NCBI GenBank assembly: GCA_965238175.1
Contig: CBDEGZ010000003.1
Coordinates: 192,001-256,000, forward strand
Reading direction: 5' to 3'
Source of the DNA: Gammaproteobacteria bacterium
GTDB taxonomy: Bacteria; Pseudomonadota; Gammaproteobacteria; CAJXQU01
Length of the DNA stretch: 64,000 nucleotides
This document shows positions 58,662-64,000 of this stretch, in pieces; the stretch's first letter is position 1, and each line of letters starts with the position of its first letter. The notes under the pieces were generated by a model, which saw only the letters and a program-made list of their open reading frames with translations, did not search any database and was not told where the DNA came from. Made by a program: the position numbers and the translations under genes.

Positions 58662-59792
58662 ATGAACACACACACGGACTTTGATATTCATGGGATCGTA
58701 GGGGTTCAAGTACAAGACGCTACAACCAAGGATATTTTGATGGTGGGGCGACAACTAGGACTTGTAGAAAAGCAACTTGAACGACCTGCGGATATTATAA
58801 TTCGCTTCGTAGATAAGTTAAAAACCCCAGAATCAATGCGCTATCTTGATCTGGGTGATATAGCGTTTACTGATGATTCTTTTTATGTACTTAAAGGGAA
58901 ACATAAATCACGTACAAAGGTAAAAATTCCATTTCAAGATATAGGTTCGCAATGCGAAATTGTTTGTGAGCGAGGTCTTGCGGCTGTTCCGCATCTAATC
59001 GATATTATTAATACGGTGGCACTGGGTAATGGTTTCCTGCCATTACATGCTTCCGCTTTTAATTATGATGGTGTTGGAGTAGTAGTAACGGGCTGGTCAA
59101 AGGGCGGTAAAACAGAAACGTTACTTGCTTTTATGGCTGAAGGAGCGGAGTACGTGGGAGATGAGTGGGTATATATCAGTCGAGATGGAGCGCTAATGGC
59201 AGGTATTCCAATACCTATTCGTGTATGGGATTGGCATCTAGATGATTTACCAAACTATCGGAAAATACTTGGTCGTCGTGATCGATACCGGCTTCGGGTT
59301 CTAAAAACATTTGTTCGGATTACTGAGAAAATTAGCGAAGGTAAGATTGGGAAAGGATACCTGTCAAAACTCATGAATCGAGTTGCACCTCTACTCAAAA
59401 AGCAGATGTATGTAAATTGGTCTCCTGGGAAGGTTTTTCATAATACGAAATTTTTGATGAAAGGGAGGCCAGATAAGCTCTTTTTTGTAGGCAACCACAT
59501 ATCGTCAGATGTTGTGGTCTCACCGATGGATCCAAGCGAGATTGCAAAGCGAATTTACTTCTCGATACAAGAGGAACGTGATGACTTTATTGCTATCTAT
59601 CAACAATATCGTTTCGCATTTCCTGAACAACCTAATGAACTAATAGATCAGTCCAGCCAAATACAGCAAGAACTATTGAACACAGCACTTTCTGGTAAAG
59701 AATCTTATTCGGTTTTTCACCCATACCCCGCACCTGTTTCGAAATTGTTTGAAGTAATCTCTCCATTATGCAAGCCCATCACTGAGGTTTAG
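58662..59792 (+). CDS. HprK-related P-loop kinase
   Basis: PLHASA...GVVVTGWSKGGKT...YVGDEW, the HprK/PEPCK-like pattern. Confidence 0.7.
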   Translation: MNTHTDFDIHGIVGVQVQDATTKDILMVGRQLGLVEKQLERPADIIIRFVDKLKTPESMRYLDLGDIAFTDDSFYVLKGKHKSRTKVKIPFQDIGSQCEIVCERGLAAVPHLIDIINTVALGNGFLPLHASAFNYDGVGVVVTGWSKGGKTETLLAFMAEGAEYVGDEWVYISRDGALMAGIPIPIRVWDWHLDDLPNYRKILGRRDRYRLRVLKTFVRITEKISEGKIGKGYLSKLMNRVAPLLKKQMYVNWSPGKVFHNTKFLMKGRPDKLFFVGNHISSDVVVSPMDPSEIAKRIYFSIQEERDDFIAIYQQYRFAFPEQPNELIDQSSQIQQELLNTALSGKESYSVFHPYPAPVSKLFEVISPLCKPITEV

Positions 59793-59862
59793 CCAGTTGA
59801 AAGTCATTTTCAGAAGTGACTACAGACAAGCCATATCGGCGTAATTTTATTTGATCAGCACT

Positions 59863-61254
59863 TTATTCATAATAGATATAATTGCTATCTTGATCATCTT
59901 CAGCCGGCTCATAAGATTTAAGGATCTGTACACACGCTCCAGCCAAAGCAAGGAATAACCAAAAGTATCTCTGGTATGAAAGGTGGAGAAATATCGCAGT
60001 GCTTAAGTAGCCAAGAATGCTAAAAATGAAAGCGGTAGCCAGGTGAGCCAATTCTGGTTCGAACAATGACCATCGGTAACGAACGACTAACAACTGATAG
60101 ATCATAAAAAAGATGATTCCCATAAATACAAAAAATCCAAAAATACCAGTTTCAGCAGCTAATTCAGGATAGAGTGAATGGGCTCGCCTATTCGTATTCA
60201 GTTGCCTCAAGGCAATCGTTGGGTCGTTCATATACTCTACGGAATAAAACAGACTGTAATGGTGCGGGCCAACACCAAGGATGGGATGATCGAGAAAAGC
60301 TTTGCTCGCTGCCATCATTTCTGTCAAACGCCCTCTGGTAACCGCATCAGGTTTATGTTGTGTAGTGTCAGAGACAAGCCCCTCGACACCGAAAATGGTT
60401 TGCATTCTGACAAAGTAGCCTGGAGATACAACGGCAATCAATAATAAAATAACCAGCAAACCACTTAGTAGATGCCTTATTTTAATATATTTAAAGATCG
60501 TTAGAATTAAAGTGAGTAGCAGCATTGAAACAAAAGCACCGCGGGAATAGGTGAGTAATATGCCGCTTAAAATCAAGCCAACAGATCCGGCCGCAAGGAT
60601 CTTTTTAGGCCGTTGAAAACGTATTTGGCAAAATATAAAAATGGCTAGTGGTAACAACAGAAGCATATTCTGAGCATATCTGTTTGGATCACCTATAGGG
60701 CCCGTTGCACGATTGGAACCTCGAACTTTTGTCCGTTGTTTAAGAACAGCACCTTGTTGAAGATTAGGATCTACGCCATCCCAGTTCTCTATTTTTCTCT
60801 GCGCTAACCCTCCAAACTGCACATCATAGGCTCCTGTAGATTCCTGAAAAACAGACATGGAGCCTAAAATGGTGCCGGCGATCATAAGCACCCAGATCAC
60901 GCGTTTCAAAGTATCTAGGTTGCGGACTACGTTTATTATTAAGAAATACAACATGATGCCTTCTAGAAAGTATTCACCGACCCACTGGAAACCAACAATA
61001 GGCTCTTTGGAAAGCAGGGAAGACACTATGCAGATGGTCAGAAAAACAAACATTAGTCCCAACACACGATCAAAAATAATTTTTTCGTGGCGGATAAAAA
61101 TATAAAAACTAAATGGCAGCAGTAGCAGAAGAGCAAAAGAACTAGCGATAACCGGAGGGACGCCATGAAGCGATTTTGCTATAGCTCCAATATTAGTGAA
61201 AAGAATAAATAAAGCAGTCCAAGTAGCGACTTCGAGTTCTTTTGTTGCTGTCAT
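59863..61254 (-). CDS. O-antigen ligase / Wzy polymerase family protein
   Basis: Multi-TM; RATGPIGDPN, TYSRGA, HPILGVG, AHSLY.ELAAETG. Confidence 0.85.
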   Translation of the reverse strand: MTATKELEVATWTALFILFTNIGAIAKSLHGVPPVIASSFALLLLLPFSFYIFIRHEKIIFDRVLGLMFVFLTICIVSSLLSKEPIVGFQWVGEYFLEGIMLYFLIINVVRNLDTLKRVIWVLMIAGTILGSMSVFQESTGAYDVQFGGLAQRKIENWDGVDPNLQQGAVLKQRTKVRGSNRATGPIGDPNRYAQNMLLLLPLAIFIFCQIRFQRPKKILAAGSVGLILSGILLTYSRGAFVSMLLLTLILTIFKYIKIRHLLSGLLVILLLIAVVSPGYFVRMQTIFGVEGLVSDTTQHKPDAVTRGRLTEMMAASKAFLDHPILGVGPHHYSLFYSVEYMNDPTIALRQLNTNRRAHSLYPELAAETGIFGFFVFMGIIFFMIYQLLVVRYRWSLFEPELAHLATAFIFSILGYLSTAIFLHLSYQRYFWLFLALAGACVQILKSYEPAEDDQDSNYIYYE

Positions 61255-61945
61255 TTCATTAAGTTATCCATGGTTTTCGACTTGCTGCTACTAAATTTGT
61301 GGGAAATAACCGGTAAGTTCATGATAATTATATCAGTCATTTGCCTATATCTTCCTTACCACTTGGTCACTATGTAATATGAACTAAAAAAACTACATTC
61401 AATTATCGGAATTTAAAGTTAAGGTAATTAAAAGAACTTGCCATGTCAGGTTCAACGATATTGTAGATTAACTTGTGATCCTGAACGGTAAGTTATGTCA
61501 AAGAATAATAAAAATGTGTGGGTTTCTTGCAAAAAATAGTTAACCATTAGATCTTATATTGTTTATTGAGTTATATTCCATATAGATAGCTAGTTTGGGA
61601 TATAGGATCCATTTTGCATTTTGCTTGGAATGATATGGAACTGGCCGATATAAATATCACAAATAAGTGACAAGTGTAGTCCGTTTCATTAGAATAAAAA
61701 CGGTATGGAAATTCAGAGAGTTAGAGTTATATTCTGAAAAAGTCTCATAAGATTCAACCGCATAGAAATAAGTGCAAGGAGCCATATCTATTCTACAATA
61801 TTAACCAATAGCTCCTTCGTTAAAACTTAAGACAGCGCAATGGATGTTGTTTTTCTTTTGGAGAATATTTGTTTTAGCAAGTAAAACTTAAGAGTTTCAT
61901 TACAAGTTGATGAGATTAAATTAAGAATAAAAACAAGAGGTTATC

Positions 61946-63013
61946 ATGAAAAAAACTATTTTTGTAATAATGATGGTCATCTTCAATGCCAGTTGTACTG
62001 GTATGAAAATGGTTGAGTCTTTACCTGACGTGGAAGGTGTCACAATACAGCCAATATCTGCGGAATTAATCAATAATTTAGCCTCTGATCAACAATCGGA
62101 AGTGAGGAAGTTGTCTTCGAATCTGGGTTCATTAAATGATGGAAATTACGACTACCGAGTCGGGCCTCAGGATGTTTTGAATATTACGGTATGGGATCAT
62201 CCTGAATTGACGATACCTCAAGGTCAGTTCCGTAATCCAGATGTTGCCGGGAATCTTGTCTTTGAAGACGGGACAATTTACTTTCCATATGTGGGATATC
62301 TCCAAGTAGCTGGAAAGACGATGCCACAAATTCAAGGAATGCTAGTTAAAGGCTTAGATGACACCATCCAAGATCCACAAGTTTCTGTCACTGTCGCCAA
62401 CTATCGCAACCAGAGAGCATATGTTGTAGGTGAAGTTAATACGCCTGGGCCTAAAGCAATCACTGATGTGCCATTAACAGTCGTAGAAGCGGTAGGTCAA
62501 GCTGGAGATGCAACTTCGGATGCAGATTTAACAGATGTGAAGCTGACCCGTGATGGAATCGTCTACAAAATTGATATGTTAGGGATATACCAAGACGGAG
62601 ATCTCAATCAAAATGTATTACTCAAACATGGTGATGTATTACATATACCGAACCAAAGTGAACGTAAAGTTTTTGTTGTAGGGGAAACGTCCAAGCAAAT
62701 TTCATTGCTTATTGATCAGAATCGACGGACAACGACATTGACTGAAGCAATAAGTGATGCCGGCGGTGTCGATCAGATCACTTCTAATCCAGGGCGTATT
62801 TTTGTATTGCGTGGTACAGATAATCCCGAAGAAAAATTAATTTACCATATTAATGCAAAGTCACCGGATGCCTTGATATTAGCAAATCATTTTCAGATAT
62901 GGCCCCGTGATGTGATTTATGTAGGAACAGCAGGTATCACGCGTTGGAACCGAGTTATTTCCCAATTGTTTCCATCATCGGTATCAAGCGTCATACGTAC
63001 AGTCGATAAATAG
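61946..63013 (+). CDS. wza: Polysaccharide export lipoprotein
   Basis: Lipobox NASC; YRVGPQDVLNITVWDHPEL, C-terminal RWNRVISQLFP helix. Confidence 0.93.
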   Translation: MKKTIFVIMMVIFNASCTGMKMVESLPDVEGVTIQPISAELINNLASDQQSEVRKLSSNLGSLNDGNYDYRVGPQDVLNITVWDHPELTIPQGQFRNPDVAGNLVFEDGTIYFPYVGYLQVAGKTMPQIQGMLVKGLDDTIQDPQVSVTVANYRNQRAYVVGEVNTPGPKAITDVPLTVVEAVGQAGDATSDADLTDVKLTRDGIVYKIDMLGIYQDGDLNQNVLLKHGDVLHIPNQSERKVFVVGETSKQISLLIDQNRRTTTLTEAISDAGGVDQITSNPGRIFVLRGTDNPEEKLIYHINAKSPDALILANHFQIWPRDVIYVGTAGITRWNRVISQLFPSSVSSVIRTVDK

Positions 63014-63153
63014 AAGTTAACTGATTAGTGGGTCCTTTGAAGATTAAAGAACCCATAGTGTTCTCCGTTATGACAAACAAAGAATTACTGATATAAGGAT
63101 CTTATTTTTATACTACAACAGTCTGCTACAGACAAGTTAATGCCGAAAAAATT

Positions 63154-64000
63154 ATGAACGATACAGCGAAAAAAAGGGAAGAAGAAATTGAGAATGGACA
63201 GGGAAGTCGCAAGAAGAGGTATTCTTGGGCATCTAAAATTAAAGCTGTTAAACAAGTTCTAGGCGGTCGGCCCATGGATGAAGTTGCAAGTGAATATGGA
63301 GTGCGTCCTAAAACGATAAGCAAGTGGTGTCGAAACTGGAAGAAAGAATTTGCAAAGAACGTAGTAGATGATCATAGCAAAGTAGATAGCCCTAAAGATT
63401 CGCTTGTAACTCGTGCTGTTGAGCATTGGAATGATTCAGCTGATGATTTAATTGTTGATGCAATAGGTAAAAACTTAAATGCAACACATAGGATTGATAA
63501 TTCACCTCCAAGACATTCGACAGAAATAACGAACACATCATCACATCATGAAAGAAGAACCATAAAAAATAGTGAGGATATCTACAAGCAGCAACTAAAT
63601 GTTCAACAATTCTCAAAAAATCAATCAAGTAGGAGGATAATTGAACCACAAACCGCATTCTCAGGCCAGGCATCCCTTAGAGAAGTCTTGGGAATACTAC
63701 AGGAATCTAAGTGGTTTATTAGCCGGATCGTTCTACTTACGGCACTTCTGGGAATATTACATCTTTGGTTTGTACCGCCTATTTACCGAGCAGATGCAAT
63801 ACTGGAAATTGAAGAAAATGTTCGTGGCACAGGTGCCGTCCTTGATAATTCTAACGATCTGAATGAGGAAGGTGCCATTGTTAGTGAGGAAGTCGAGATC
63901 CTTAAATCCAGAGCAGTTGTTCGTGAAGTTGTTAATAATCTTAAATTAGATTTCATTATGAGTCCAAAATACTTCCCGGTTATCGGGGAGGCAATCGCGC
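63154..64000 (+). CDS. wzc: Wzc-like polysaccharide co-polymerase with N-terminal HTH extension (partial, runs off the window)
   Basis: Stop-free frame from ATG 63154 to the window end. It contains SLREVLGILQESKWFI-TM-PPIYRADAILEIE...EEVEILKSRAVV..VVNNLKL....PKYFPVIGEAIA, typical of the Wzc N-terminus, and follows wza. Confidence 0.85.
   Translation, partial: MNDTAKKREEEIENGQGSRKKRYSWASKIKAVKQVLGGRPMDEVASEYGVRPKTISKWCRNWKKEFAKNVVDDHSKVDSPKDSLVTRAVEHWNDSADDLIVDAIGKNLNATHRIDNSPPRHSTEITNTSSHHERRTIKNSEDIYKQQLNVQQFSKNQSSRRIIEPQTAFSGQASLREVLGILQESKWFISRIVLLTALLGILHLWFVPPIYRADAILEIEENVRGTGAVLDNSNDLNEEGAIVSEEVEILKSRAVVREVVNNLKLDFIMSPKYFPVIGEAIA

Noticed and set aside
55411-59792. Lasso-peptide/RiPP cluster suggested by the HprK-like kinase and sulfotransferase
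   Set aside because: No precursor, PqqD/RRE, peptidase or asparagine-synthetase-like cyclase is visible in the window, and the context is polysaccharide synthesis.
61255-61945. 690-bp gap between the wzy-like gene and wza, checked for ops/JUMPstart, sigma54 sites and small ORFs
   Set aside because: Nothing convincing found by eye; probably an AT-rich divergent promoter region.
63154-63400. HTH as part of an inserted IS element
   Set aside because: No DDE orfB, terminal inverted repeats or target duplication were seen, and the frame continues into Wzc. An ancient IS origin is not excluded.
63126-63862. Track ORFs 63126-63323(-), 63392-63673(-) and 63641-63862(+)
   Set aside because: They are shadows of the long + strand HTH-Wzc frame.

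Overview
An AT-rich chromosomal window from a gammaproteobacterium, probably marine (inferred from the rhlB, lysA, glnA and proA-nadD-rsfS-rlmH-maf context). It has five blocks. (1) 0.2-15.9 kb: a methylated-amine oxidation cluster of the N-methylglutamate type (gmaS-like GS III, mgsABC/glxBCD, heterotetrameric soxBDAG/mgdABCD) with an extra flavoprotein, a 130-aa unknown, a GFA protein, ETF and folD. (2) 15.9-25.2 kb: an LPS core kinase/glycosyltransferase operon interrupted by an intact IS3-family element. (3) 25.3-32.7 kb: housekeeping genes, including a globin-coupled diguanylate cyclase and a sigma54/NtrC-type glnA promoter. (4) 32.8-40.3 kb: an OmpA lipoprotein plus ExeA-ankyrin pair, decayed IS remnants and the proA-maf operon. 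(5) 40.4 kb to the end: a large Wzx/Wzy exopolysaccharide island. It carries a degenerate-GGDEF membrane protein, two APH-like kinases, a sulfotransferase, an HprK-like kinase, a lyase-like protein, a mirror-symmetric 1696-aa secreted protein, an exosortase-target protein and two sigma54 promoters sharing a palindromic upstream site. It also has a perfect 19-bp x25.7 tandem array and a Wzc-like protein with an N-terminal helix-turn-helix that is missing from the ORF track because it runs off the window. All calls come from reading motifs by eye; no searches were run. No rRNA, tRNA or CRISPR array was seen.
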